A stretch of DNA of 64,000 nt, from the NCBI GenBank assembly GCA_037441845.1, contig JBBIRK010000002.1, positions 160,001-224,000 on the forward strand, read 5' to 3'. Below, piece after piece: positions 19,437-28,333 of the stretch; position 1 is the stretch's first letter, and each line of letters starts with the position of its first letter. A program made the translations under genes and the position numbers. The stretch is from Candidatus Zixiibacteriota bacterium. Lineage in GTDB: Bacteria > Zixibacteria > MSB-5A5 > UBA10806 > 4484-95. The notes under the pieces are model-generated. The model did not search any database. It worked only from the letters and a program-made list of their open reading frames with translations, and was not told the origin of the DNA.

Positions 19437-19838
19437 TCAATCAACCTGGAGTGGGTATTTTTCCTGAACGTGCGACTTGATCATTTCCGCCGCCCGGCCG
19501 ATCCTGACCCGCAGCAGGTCGTCAGCCTCCGCTTTCGCTCTGACCACCAGAATCAGATTAGCCGCCGCCTGGATCGTCAACCAAGAGTCCGCCGTCTTGA
19601 CCACGACACTGCCGGCTTTGTTTTCTCCGAGTCTTTCCAAAACCGCGTCGATATTGTGCAGCATCAGCAAACTGAGCGGGGCGAACGCCTCCGCCTGGGC
19701 GAAACCATCACCGCGATACCCTATCAACAAACCGTCCCGGTCCAGTATCGCCGCCTCTTTGACACCTCGGTATTCCACCAGATAATCGAGAGCGCCCTGG
19801 AACTTGTTTTCCTTTCTTTCAACCTTGGCTGTAAGCAT
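19437..19838 (-). CDS. Roadblock/LC7 domain protein (divergent)
   Basis: GVKEAAILDRDGLLI...LILVV...LLRVRI. Start placed at ATG 19838, 2 nt after the upstream stop. Confidence 0.75.
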   Translation of the reverse strand: MLTAKVERKENKFQGALDYLVEYRGVKEAAILDRDGLLIGYRGDGFAQAEAFAPLSLLMLHNIDAVLERLGENKAGSVVVKTADSWLTIQAAANLILVVRAKAEADDLLRVRIGRAAEMIKSHVQEKYPLQVD

Positions 19839-19840
19839 AA

Positions 19841-20674
19841 TCAAAACTCTGCGTGACTGAATATTTCGTTCAATTTCAATTTCAATGAACCCAGATTCAC
19901 GTCGTCGCGGGTCGAGATCACGATTATGATTCGTCCCCGATTGAACATCCACAGCTTGGATTGATCCGCCTCGACCAGAATTTCTTGACCGGCGCCGAAA
20001 TCGAGTTTGGCGATAGCCTGCTCCACCGAATTGAACGCCCCCGAGGCCAATGCCCCGAGTTCGTCCCGCGGCAACAGACCGTCGAATTGCCCCTCCACGA
20101 CCATCCCCTCTCTGGTAACCGCCACCACCCCGAGCACCCGGGGGAGAATCTTGATAATCCCGAGCGTATGCGACAAGTCGTAGGGCTTTTTCGAGGAGGG
20201 TTCCGCAGAAACCGCGGCCGAACGAACCGGCTTGGGCGGCTCCGGCACCTCTTCGGGTTGGATCGTCGTTTTCTTAAGCAGGCTTTTGATTGTCTCGCTT
20301 TTGGGATCCGAGTTGTGAAGTTTCTCGAGCAGCGTTCTCGCCCGGCCGTATTGTTCCCGCCTGATCAAAATTTCCGCCTCGAGCAGATCGGCGGAGCGGG
20401 TTCTTCCACCGACTTCGACCGCCTTATTCAGATACCGCTCGGCCTCTCCGTAATTCCCCAGATCGAGATATGTCTTGGCCACCACCATATAAGCCGATCC
20501 GTAATCTGGATGGTCCTCGATTCCTTTCAGCCCGATCTGTAACGCCTTCTCCAGCTCACCCTTCTTGCGATAAGCATCCGCCAAAGCGGCGAAAATCTGG
20601 CTGTTGGGATCGGCCTCGAGTATCTTCTGACACTTGGCGATCCGCTCGTTTATTTCATCGAAATCGATCTTCAT
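19841..20674 (-). CDS. TPR-repeat protein fused to a C-terminal roadblock/LC7 domain
   Basis: N-terminal TPRs (FAALADAYRKKGELEKA, HPDY..AYMVVAKTYLDLGNYGEA), Pro-rich linker, then VLGVVAVTREGMVV..GALAS..EILVEA..VNLGSLKLKL. Confidence 0.8.
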   Translation of the reverse strand: MKIDFDEINERIAKCQKILEADPNSQIFAALADAYRKKGELEKALQIGLKGIEDHPDYGSAYMVVAKTYLDLGNYGEAERYLNKAVEVGGRTRSADLLEAEILIRREQYGRARTLLEKLHNSDPKSETIKSLLKKTTIQPEEVPEPPKPVRSAAVSAEPSSKKPYDLSHTLGIIKILPRVLGVVAVTREGMVVEGQFDGLLPRDELGALASGAFNSVEQAIAKLDFGAGQEILVEADQSKLWMFNRGRIIIVISTRDDVNLGSLKLKLNEIFSHAEF

Positions 20675-20722
20675 AGTTCACTTCTAAATTATCGGCAAAT
20701 ATCCGTTTCCCCATCCTTTTAA

Positions 20723-21094
20723 CTAATGCAAACTCTCACGATAAAGCACCATACCGGTCAAAAACAGCGCGATGAACAAGATATCCAGCCCGGCGAAAAG
20801 CAACGCTTTGAAATAAGCCACCCCGAGAATCCCAAGAAAACCGAATATGGTCCGCAACAGCATTATTCCCAGCGCCGCCGAGATAAAAAGCCACGGGCGT
20901 CCGAGTTTACCTCCGCGCATCGCCCCGAATATCGAGTAACCCACGAAAGCGCTGCCGGCGATCAGCACCAAAAGCAGTAGGTGATAGACGAACTGCAACC
21001 ACGGCGGATGAATCTCGTAAAATTGCCCCGCCGAGGCCTGCGCAGGCCAAAAAACGATTGCCCAAACCATTACTTTCGTCAAGTGTCTCATCAT
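20723..21094 (-). CDS. Small membrane protein (signal peptide plus about 3 TM), unknown function
   Basis: ASA-type cleavage site and three hydrophobic segments; tightly packed in the operon. Confidence 0.75.
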   Translation of the reverse strand: MMRHLTKVMVWAIVFWPAQASAGQFYEIHPPWLQFVYHLLLLVLIAGSAFVGYSIFGAMRGGKLGRPWLFISAALGIMLLRTIFGFLGILGVAYFKALLFAGLDILFIALFLTGMVLYRESLH

Positions 21095-21098
21095 ATTA

Positions 21099-22265
21099 TC
21101 ACTGCAACCTCAAGGTCCGCGCGAATTCCTCCTCGAGACCGTATTTGATAGCCAATTGCTTGCGGCTGCTCAGGTCATTATGGGTCTGAATTTTAATCTG
21201 CGAGAGCGTGCGCTGATAGAGCTTGTTCCCCAGATACTTTTGAATTGTATAAAGATAATCCGTCAGCAGATCGGTGAAATTGGAAATCAGCCGATGCAGC
21301 CAGGCCTCTTTCGGCAACGACTTGATCAATTTCTGCAAAAGCTCGAAATCTATCTCGCCGTCACGTCCGGTCATTTGTTCCGCCAAAAGCGGATATTCCG
21401 CCTTTTTTTCCTGAAAAGTCTCGTAAAAAATCCTTTCGCCCTTGACCCCGAGTTTATCCCGCAGGCTCTGAACGATTATCGCGAAATTATGCCGGTAAAC
21501 GTTCGCCAGCAACCTGACCAATTCCTCCGACTCGTCGATCTCCGCTCCCGCCGCCACCACCGTTTTGCCGGTTTTGACCAGCCCCATGCGCAAAAGATTG
21601 GCCAGCGCCTTCGAGGTCAGGAATTGATCCAGGAGCGATTCGCCGACGATTTGCCCCACGGTTTTGCCCGAACCTATCAGGGCCATCACCATTATTTCGT
21701 TCCGCCCGATTTTCAGATGATCCCCCTGAAAAACCGGGTTTTTCTCCAGTTCTATCATCGTCTCATCCGATGGCAGTATTTTTTGAAGTTCCATCCATTC
21801 GTCGATACGCCGGGTCCCTTCCATTATTATGTTCATCGGATTGAGCTCGGTCTGAATCGTTTCCGGCGGCGGCGCCTTCCCCTCGATAAAATTGAATTCG
21901 CCGTCTTTCCACCCGAACAGCCCGTAAATTATCTCCTCAATCTGCATCCTGAGACAATCGATAATTTCCTCGCGCGTGAACAATTTCATTTCGACCAGAG
22001 CCGAGCCTATTTTCTTGCCGTCTTTTTTCTCCTTGAGCACGTTCTCGAGATCGGCCTTCGATATCCGCCCCATCTTCAAGAGCAGGTTCCCGAAAAGATC
22101 CTTCTCCTCGGTCGATGTCGCATAAATGGTGTAGCCGCCCCGGAAATAAATCTCCTTGCGGTGCTGCCCTTTGGTGATCATCAGCATTCCGGTCTTCTTG
22201 GTCGAAAAGATAAGCTGAAAGATATCCGGCAAAGAAACGGTTCTCAGATTTCCCGTAAAACCCAT
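21099..22265 (-). CDS. DUF4388 (PATAN-like) domain protein with embedded MshEN-like motif
   Basis: GFTGNL...LPDIFQLI...KKTGML, IYFRGG, LFGWKDGEFNF, IIMEGTRRIDEW. Confidence 0.85.
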   Translation of the reverse strand: MGFTGNLRTVSLPDIFQLIFSTKKTGMLMITKGQHRKEIYFRGGYTIYATSTEEKDLFGNLLLKMGRISKADLENVLKEKKDGKKIGSALVEMKLFTREEIIDCLRMQIEEIIYGLFGWKDGEFNFIEGKAPPPETIQTELNPMNIIMEGTRRIDEWMELQKILPSDETMIELEKNPVFQGDHLKIGRNEIMVMALIGSGKTVGQIVGESLLDQFLTSKALANLLRMGLVKTGKTVVAAGAEIDESEELVRLLANVYRHNFAIIVQSLRDKLGVKGERIFYETFQEKKAEYPLLAEQMTGRDGEIDFELLQKLIKSLPKEAWLHRLISNFTDLLTDYLYTIQKYLGNKLYQRTLSQIKIQTHNDLSSRKQLAIKYGLEEEFARTLRLQ

Positions 22266-22285
22266 ATTGCTCTCTGCCTTCCTCT

Positions 22286-24652
22286 TTATTCCTCTAACAT
22301 ATGGTCGATATATCGCCGGTCACCCTCGAATCTCAGCCGAAAACTTCCGACCATGCCGGTTGACCAGGTGATATCCTCCATATACGTCAAATGTTCCCTA
22401 TTCCGGATCGGCCTCGCCCCGAACCTGTCGGGGCTGAATACCAACAGATCCGGTTTGACCTGTTCCAGTTTCTCGAGCACTCCGCCATAAGGCTGAACCG
22501 ACCAGGGGAGTTCCAGCACCAGAGCCTCCGAAATAACTTTATCGGCATATTCGGGTTTTATATCTCCTGCCAGGATACTCACCGATCCTGTCGGCTCCAT
22601 CTTAACCTTATAATAAGAGACGCTTTTCCACAACTCGTTATTGTTATCGGAATAGAACAACCCAATATTAATCAGATCATTCATTTTTACTTCCGTTATC
22701 CGCCCGTCCTCGATACCGACCGATCCGGCGATCGCTGTTTCTCTATGAATCACTCCCCCAATGTTGACGCCGTCGGCTATATTGGTGATTATTTCCTGCT
22801 GGTCGTTGAACAGGGTGTCGATTTTGGTTATACCCACATGGCGCAGATAGGGAAACAGCGACAACTCGAGCTGGCGGCACCTTTCCGGTTCGTGGCAATC
22901 GAACCAGAGATAGTTTCTACCTTCGGCGCTCGATAGCAAAATCGCCCGATCCGGCCCGCAATCGATAAAAGTCAGCGATGCGCTTCGGCTGCCATACAAA
23001 TATGAGGTCCAAACCAATATCCCGGCGGCGCCCAACCCTATGATCGCGGATTTGAAACTGAATCTTCTGAAAAATACCAACTGAGAGAAAAAATAGAGCG
23101 CCGCGAAATACAACACGATTCCGCCTCGAGGCGGAGTGCTTATGGTCATGATCGCTCCCGGAAGCCCCTTAAAAAAAGAGAGCAGCGGAACCACCGACGA
23201 TAGGCAAACGTCCAGCGGAATCGAATAAATCCGGGCGGCGATATCACCCAGCCATAAAAACGGCAGAAACAATAATCCCCCCACCGTCAAAACACTCGCA
23301 AGAAACGCCATAGGGAAATTGGCCAGCAACCCCATCAGCGGCAAGCGATCGAAATAATACCCCGTAAGCGGCAAAACCGACAACTGCGCGGCCAATGTCA
23401 ACGCAAAGACCGATCCCATCGCATAAAGCAGCCGCGCCGGCGCTCCTGTCGGACGACCGAACAGTCTCCCAAACAGCGGAACTCCATAAATGATTCCGCC
23501 CGCAGCCAGCATCGATAGTTGAAACCCGATATTGAACAGCCAGAGCGGCTTTATGATCAACAATACCAAGCCGGCGAAACCCAATAGACCCAGATAATCG
23601 GGATTCTTTTCCCGCGAAAATCCGATCAATCCGATCACCGCCATGGCCGTGGCTCTGGTCACCGATGGTTCATTGCGGGTCAAGAAACTGAACATGACCA
23701 GCACCAGAAGACAGATAAATATCCTTAGCCGGCGTCCGACCCCTTTCAATATCCATAAACAAAAACCAGCCACGATCGCCACGTTCGACCCGGAAACCGC
23801 CATCAAATGCAACGTCCCCGTATCCGAAAAAAGCCGGGCGATCTCGTCGGGAATCCCCCTTCGCTCGCCAAGCACGAAACCGCCTAGTAATGCCGACTTT
23901 ACCGGCCCAAAATAGCGGGCGTAGCCGTCGAGCAGATATTCCCGTATCGGAGCGATGACCCGGTTGTGAAAAAGCATATCGAGCCTTCGCTCGGCTCCCT
24001 CGTGATCTTGTCGTATCGTAATCAGGCTCGGATCGGCCGCCGTCATCATGGCGAATATCCCGCGGTTGTTCAGGTATCCGGCATAATCGAATCCGCCGGG
24101 GATACGGCTTTCCCCGGGGGCGAACAGCGGCCCGGAAAATTGCAGGCGATCGCCGTAAGCGAATCTCGTCGTCGGCTCATTGATTTTTACGATCATCTTT
24201 CCCGACGATGCGATCGTCCGCCGCCGCCAGGTTACCGAATCCACCTTGACCGTCAAATAGGTCTTTTCCAGTCTCAGATCCGGTTCCTCGGCTATGCTGC
24301 CGATCACTTCCACCATTCCCCCGTAACCTGCAATCCGCGAAATATGTGTGGGCGGGAAACCGGTAACCGCTATCTGATACTGGCATATTCCGATCACCGA
24401 AATCGTCAGGTAAAGCAATCTGGACGCCGTTTCCCGATGATTTTTCAGATGCGCCGCCAAAGCGGCGATCGCAGCGGCAATCGCGAGCGCAAAAAAATGA
24501 TACGGCCTTTCCGGCAAAACCGTCCCCAGATATATGCCTATAGCGTAAAACGCGAAAACGGTCAGAGCGGGGCGGCGGGCGAACAAGCCGGTTTCAGTGT
24601 TTCTATTTTCCGCTTCGGGTCGCTTTTGCCGAACTGTCGACTTCGCCACCAA
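22286..24652 (-). CDS. comEC: Competence protein ComEC/Rec2 (OB domain, competence domain, degenerate MBL-like C-terminus)
   Basis: PGGFDYAGYL, GFVLGER, GTLHLMAVSGSNV, PSVTRA, GFQLS, AAQL..LPL. Confidence 0.9.
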   Translation of the reverse strand: MVAKSTVRQKRPEAENRNTETGLFARRPALTVFAFYAIGIYLGTVLPERPYHFFALAIAAAIAALAAHLKNHRETASRLLYLTISVIGICQYQIAVTGFPPTHISRIAGYGGMVEVIGSIAEEPDLRLEKTYLTVKVDSVTWRRRTIASSGKMIVKINEPTTRFAYGDRLQFSGPLFAPGESRIPGGFDYAGYLNNRGIFAMMTAADPSLITIRQDHEGAERRLDMLFHNRVIAPIREYLLDGYARYFGPVKSALLGGFVLGERRGIPDEIARLFSDTGTLHLMAVSGSNVAIVAGFCLWILKGVGRRLRIFICLLVLVMFSFLTRNEPSVTRATAMAVIGLIGFSREKNPDYLGLLGFAGLVLLIIKPLWLFNIGFQLSMLAAGGIIYGVPLFGRLFGRPTGAPARLLYAMGSVFALTLAAQLSVLPLTGYYFDRLPLMGLLANFPMAFLASVLTVGGLLFLPFLWLGDIAARIYSIPLDVCLSSVVPLLSFFKGLPGAIMTISTPPRGGIVLYFAALYFFSQLVFFRRFSFKSAIIGLGAAGILVWTSYLYGSRSASLTFIDCGPDRAILLSSAEGRNYLWFDCHEPERCRQLELSLFPYLRHVGITKIDTLFNDQQEIITNIADGVNIGGVIHRETAIAGSVGIEDGRITEVKMNDLINIGLFYSDNNNELWKSVSYYKVKMEPTGSVSILAGDIKPEYADKVISEALVLELPWSVQPYGGVLEKLEQVKPDLLVFSPDRFGARPIRNREHLTYMEDITWSTGMVGSFRLRFEGDRRYIDHMLEE

Positions 24653-24672
24653 TTTCGATGCCGCCGCTTTGG

Positions 24673-25581
24673 TTAAAACTTATAGTCCTCGGGACAAGTC
24701 GATTTCCAACGGCGATGAGACCATAGATATTGTTCGGGAAATCGCCGCACGTAATTTCCGAGAATATCGTTGCTGGCCTGGGTCAACCTCTTGATATCTT
24801 CTTCTTTATCCCCCGATGGCTCGATGGTCACCGGACCTTCCAGATAAAGCACATGCTCGTCCAGTCCGGTCCGCACGAAATTCCCCACATAAATCGGGCA
24901 ACCGGTCTTAAGCGCGAATGCCGCCGGTCCCTTGGCGGTAGAGGCCGGCCGCCCGAGAAAATCGATAATCACGCCGTCGTCGCCGGCATCTTGATCGGCC
25001 AGCATGGCCACCCCTCTTCCTTTTTTCAGTGCGCCGAATACGCCGCGGGCCGCAACTCCGATCTCGATCAACCCGATTCCGAACATCGACCTGTGTTTAT
25101 TCATCAGATCATTCACCCGGCGATTGCTCTGAATTCCCACCAGAAAATCGATCGGCAGCCCGATTTGCGCCAAATAAGCCCCTACCAATTCCCAGCTCCC
25201 GAAATGCCCCGAAAACAAAACCGCTCCACGGCCGGTCCGGAAATGCTCCTTAAGCGAATCTCCTCCGACTATTTTTATCTTCTTGGATAGGTCGCTTGAG
25301 GCGAACCTCGGAAAAAGCGCGAATTCGATAAGGCTGCGCGCGAAATTTATATACGACCTGCGGCCGATCCGCGCCAGCTCCGAACGACTGAAACTTCCGC
25401 CGAAAGTCCTTTTCAGATTCACCATCGTGACCCGGCGCCGATACCGCACGACCGTAAACAGAACCCAGCCCAGAATGTCTCCCATCCGCAGGGCCGCCCG
25501 CAGCGGCAGCATATTGACGATCGCTGTTATCAGGCGCAGCGCCGCGTATTCAATCGAATGTCGTATATTCTTGACCGTCAT
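24673..25581 (-). CDS. Lipid A biosynthesis lauroyl/myristoyl acyltransferase (LpxL/HtrB family)
   Basis: GHFGSWE, LADQD, FLGRPAST..GPA, PEQYLWSHRRWK. Confidence 0.9.
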   Translation of the reverse strand: MTVKNIRHSIEYAALRLITAIVNMLPLRAALRMGDILGWVLFTVVRYRRRVTMVNLKRTFGGSFSRSELARIGRRSYINFARSLIEFALFPRFASSDLSKKIKIVGGDSLKEHFRTGRGAVLFSGHFGSWELVGAYLAQIGLPIDFLVGIQSNRRVNDLMNKHRSMFGIGLIEIGVAARGVFGALKKGRGVAMLADQDAGDDGVIIDFLGRPASTAKGPAAFALKTGCPIYVGNFVRTGLDEHVLYLEGPVTIEPSGDKEEDIKRLTQASNDILGNYVRRFPEQYLWSHRRWKSTCPEDYKF

Positions 25582-26464
25582 GACGCAGCTTCTCCAGCCG
25601 TTTCCATTCCCTGAGTTTCCGGCGCGATTGCATCTTCTTTATGGCGTAGATCAACACGAATAACAGCGGTAGAGCCAGAAACAGCAATTGCGAATCGAAA
25701 ATAAATAAGATGAATCGATACTTCCGGGTAGTTTCCGACTGCCACTTGCCCACCCATTCCAAATAGCGATAGCCGGTCAATCTGAAAAAAGTGCCGTAAA
25801 AATCCCCAGATTCCCTATAGGTTTCGAAAAACTGCCCGTAAAATTCGATTCCGAAGTCCCGGGTCATGGCCGTGACCGCTTGATACGATTGAGCATAAGC
25901 GAGAGCGGCCTTGGCGCTGCCGAACCAGTTTACGCTTTCCAGCGAAACCAACGGCAGCAGACCGCCTCCCCAGACGGCGCGGGTCAACAACACATCCTGA
26001 GACATCCGCCACTCACCGGAAAGCATCTGACACAAGCCTTCTTCGAACCAGCGCGGCAGCCATTTTTTGCCCAATGCCGCATAAATCGCGATATGGCAGA
26101 GCTCGTGCCCCAGAAGCTCATCCAGACTTTTGCCGCCCGGAAACCGCTCGGTCGATCTGACGATTATCAGGTTGCGTTCTTTCAGCGCGGCAGCCGCCCC
26201 CCAGTCGGGGAAATCTTCTCCGACCAGTTCGGTGAAACGTCGCTGGTCAGCGGCGATCACCACCTTCACCGTATCGGTTAATTCGACTTTGAAAACCGAG
26301 CTTAACTTATTCAGGTGCTTGTCAAGATAACCATTCACCGTCCGTTCCATACCGGACGGCGATTCAATTACGAAAACCGCCGCCGGACATGTCTGCAACG
26401 GTATGGCGATCGCCAGAAATCCGGCGGCGGCAATCAGGCCTCGGAACCGTTCAAGCCAGCGTAT
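25550..26464 (-). CDS. Peptidase MA-family zinc metallopeptidase with C-terminal TM anchor
   Basis: HELCH, PRWFEEGL, LAYAQS. First canonical start is TTG 26398; ATA 26464 restores a signal peptide. Confidence 0.82.
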   Translation of the reverse strand: MRWLERFRGLIAAAGFLAIAIPLQTCPAAVFVIESPSGMERTVNGYLDKHLNKLSSVFKVELTDTVKVVIAADQRRFTELVGEDFPDWGAAAALKERNLIIVRSTERFPGGKSLDELLGHELCHIAIYAALGKKWLPRWFEEGLCQMLSGEWRMSQDVLLTRAVWGGGLLPLVSLESVNWFGSAKAALAYAQSYQAVTAMTRDFGIEFYGQFFETYRESGDFYGTFFRLTGYRYLEWVGKWQSETTRKYRFILFIFDSQLLFLALPLLFVLIYAIKKMQSRRKLREWKRLEKLRHDGQEYTTFD

Positions 26465-27137
26465 AGGACTCTCCGGGTTTGAGAATCACGCATTCGCTTC
26501 CGAGCGGCTTTATCAAACGGGCGAATTCCTCCGGATCGGCCTTTATCAAATCGAAAGTGCTGTAATGCATGGGAATCGCCACCTTCGGCCTAAGTATTTC
26601 CACCGCTTTGGCGGCGTCCTTGGCGTCCATGGTGAAAAATCCGCCGATCGGCAACATCGCCGCATCCAGTTTATCGAGCTCGCCGATCAATTTCATATCC
26701 ATGAACAACCCGGTATCGCCCGAATGATAAACCACCTTGCCTCCCATCCGCACTACGAATCCCACCGGCGCTCCGCCGTAACCCGGATCGTTGCCGAGAG
26801 TCGATCCATGATGCGCGATCGTGAGTTTCACCGAACCGAACGGAAGAGTCGCCACCCCGCCTATATGCGGGCCCATCGTCTTCTTTACGCCTTTGGAGGA
26901 ACAATACAGTGAAAGCTCGAAATTCGAAACGATCGTCGCCTCGTTCTTGCGGGCTATTTCTATGGCGTCGCCCAGATGGTCGCCATGTCCGTGGGTGAGT
27001 AAAATATAATCGACCTTAAGATCGTTGACGCCGACTTTCGCGGCCGGATTGTTGGCGATAAACGGATCGATCACCACTCGGTATTTTCCGTCGTCCAGCA
27101 AGAAACATGCATGACCTATAAACGTCAATTTCAACAT
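26451..27137 (-). CDS. Metal-dependent hydrolase, metallo-beta-lactamase fold (UPF0173-like)
   Basis: GHACF, IDPF..NP, THGHGDHLGD, YHSGDT, LPIGG.FTM, IPMHY. Confidence 0.92.
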   Translation of the reverse strand: MLKLTFIGHACFLLDDGKYRVVIDPFIANNPAAKVGVNDLKVDYILLTHGHGDHLGDAIEIARKNEATIVSNFELSLYCSSKGVKKTMGPHIGGVATLPFGSVKLTIAHHGSTLGNDPGYGGAPVGFVVRMGGKVVYHSGDTGLFMDMKLIGELDKLDAAMLPIGGFFTMDAKDAAKAVEILRPKVAIPMHYSTFDLIKADPEEFARLIKPLGSECVILKPGESYTLA

Positions 27138-27153
27138 GATACCTCCTCACTAT

Positions 27154-28254
27154 CTATTTGATTGCGCCACCTGCCTGATCCGCACTCCACGGCCGCCTTC
27201 TTTCTCCGGCGATTACTCCTCCGCCGAGAACCACATCGCCGTGGTAAAACACCGCCGATTGGCCGGGCGTCACCGCTCTCTGCGGCAAAGCGAATTCCAC
27301 TTTTGCCGTGTCCGCGCCCGTTATCGTCACCCGACAATCGGCCGGCTCATGTTTATATCTTATTTTCACCCGACAGTCAATCGTCCTTCCGATCGGAATA
27401 TCCACGAACCAGTTGGCGTCGCGGACCTCCATGGTTTCCCGATAAAGATCCGAATCCGTTCCGACGATCACCCGGTTACGCTCGCGATCGATTTCAACTA
27501 CATACAACGGCTGGGCGAAAGATATCCCGAGACCGCGCCGCTGCCCGATTGTATAATGCTCCAATCCTCGGTGCCGGCCGAGAACGGATCCATCGAGTGC
27601 GCATATCTCCCCCGGGACCCCCTCGCCCACCAGCCGAACGTGATCGCCATCGGGGGCGAAACAGATATCCTGACTCTCTTTGTAATCTTCGGCTATCAAA
27701 TCGTTCTCGATCGCCAGCGCCCGGACATCGCTTTTTCTGTATCCCCCCAATGGGAAAATCGTTCTTTCCAAGAATTCGGGCTTGACCTGCCAGAGCGCGT
27801 AAGACTGATCCTTTTCCTCGAAGGTAGCCCTCCCCGGGCAGGTTTTCCCCTCGTATTTTACAATCCGCGCATAATGTCCAGTGGCGACAGAATCGGCTTC
27901 CAACTTATCCGCGATCGCGATAAGTTCGGGCCAGCGCACCAGGGCGTTGCATCTCACGCAAGGATTCGGGGTGATCCCGCTTCGGTAAGAAAGCGCGAAA
28001 TCATCGAGAACCTCCCGCCTGAATTCATCCACTCGATTCAATACGTAATGCGGAATTCCGAGCCTATGACAGTTGTTCCTCGCCCGATTGATCTGCTCCA
28101 GCGAACAGCATCCGCCCTTTATCGGGTCGCTCGAAAACAGGTTGTTGTCGAAATTCTTGAACGTGACACCGATTACGTCATGACCTTGATTTCGCAACAA
28201 CAAAGCGGCCGCCGATGAGTCCACGCCGCCGGACATGGCCAAAATGACTCTCAT
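27154..28254 (-). CDS. mnmA: tRNA 2-thiouridine(34) synthase MnmA
   Basis: AMSGGVDSS, TPNPCVRCN, ATGHYA, KDQSY, ESQDICF, YTIGQRRGLG, TPGQSAVFY. Confidence 0.96.
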   Translation of the reverse strand: MRVILAMSGGVDSSAAALLLRNQGHDVIGVTFKNFDNNLFSSDPIKGGCCSLEQINRARNNCHRLGIPHYVLNRVDEFRREVLDDFALSYRSGITPNPCVRCNALVRWPELIAIADKLEADSVATGHYARIVKYEGKTCPGRATFEEKDQSYALWQVKPEFLERTIFPLGGYRKSDVRALAIENDLIAEDYKESQDICFAPDGDHVRLVGEGVPGEICALDGSVLGRHRGLEHYTIGQRRGLGISFAQPLYVVEIDRERNRVIVGTDSDLYRETMEVRDANWFVDIPIGRTIDCRVKIRYKHEPADCRVTITGADTAKVEFALPQRAVTPGQSAVFYHGDVVLGGGVIAGERRRPWSADQAGGAIK

Positions 28255-28333
28255 ATGGTCTATCCGCTTGAAACCGCGATATTCGATTATTTCCGGTGAA
28301 TCCGATTTACCGCCGAATCCGCCGTTCCAGAAT

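Noticed and set aside
19839..19952. N-terminal extension of the 19437 roadblock ORF
   Set aside because: Overlaps the TPR-roadblock gene; ATG 19838 follows its stop directly
21156..22490. 444-aa plus-strand ORF
   Set aside because: Antisense shadow of the DUF4388 gene and the comEC 3' end; no recognisable motifs
27136..28218. 360-aa plus-strand ORF
   Set aside because: Antisense to mnmA; no domain features
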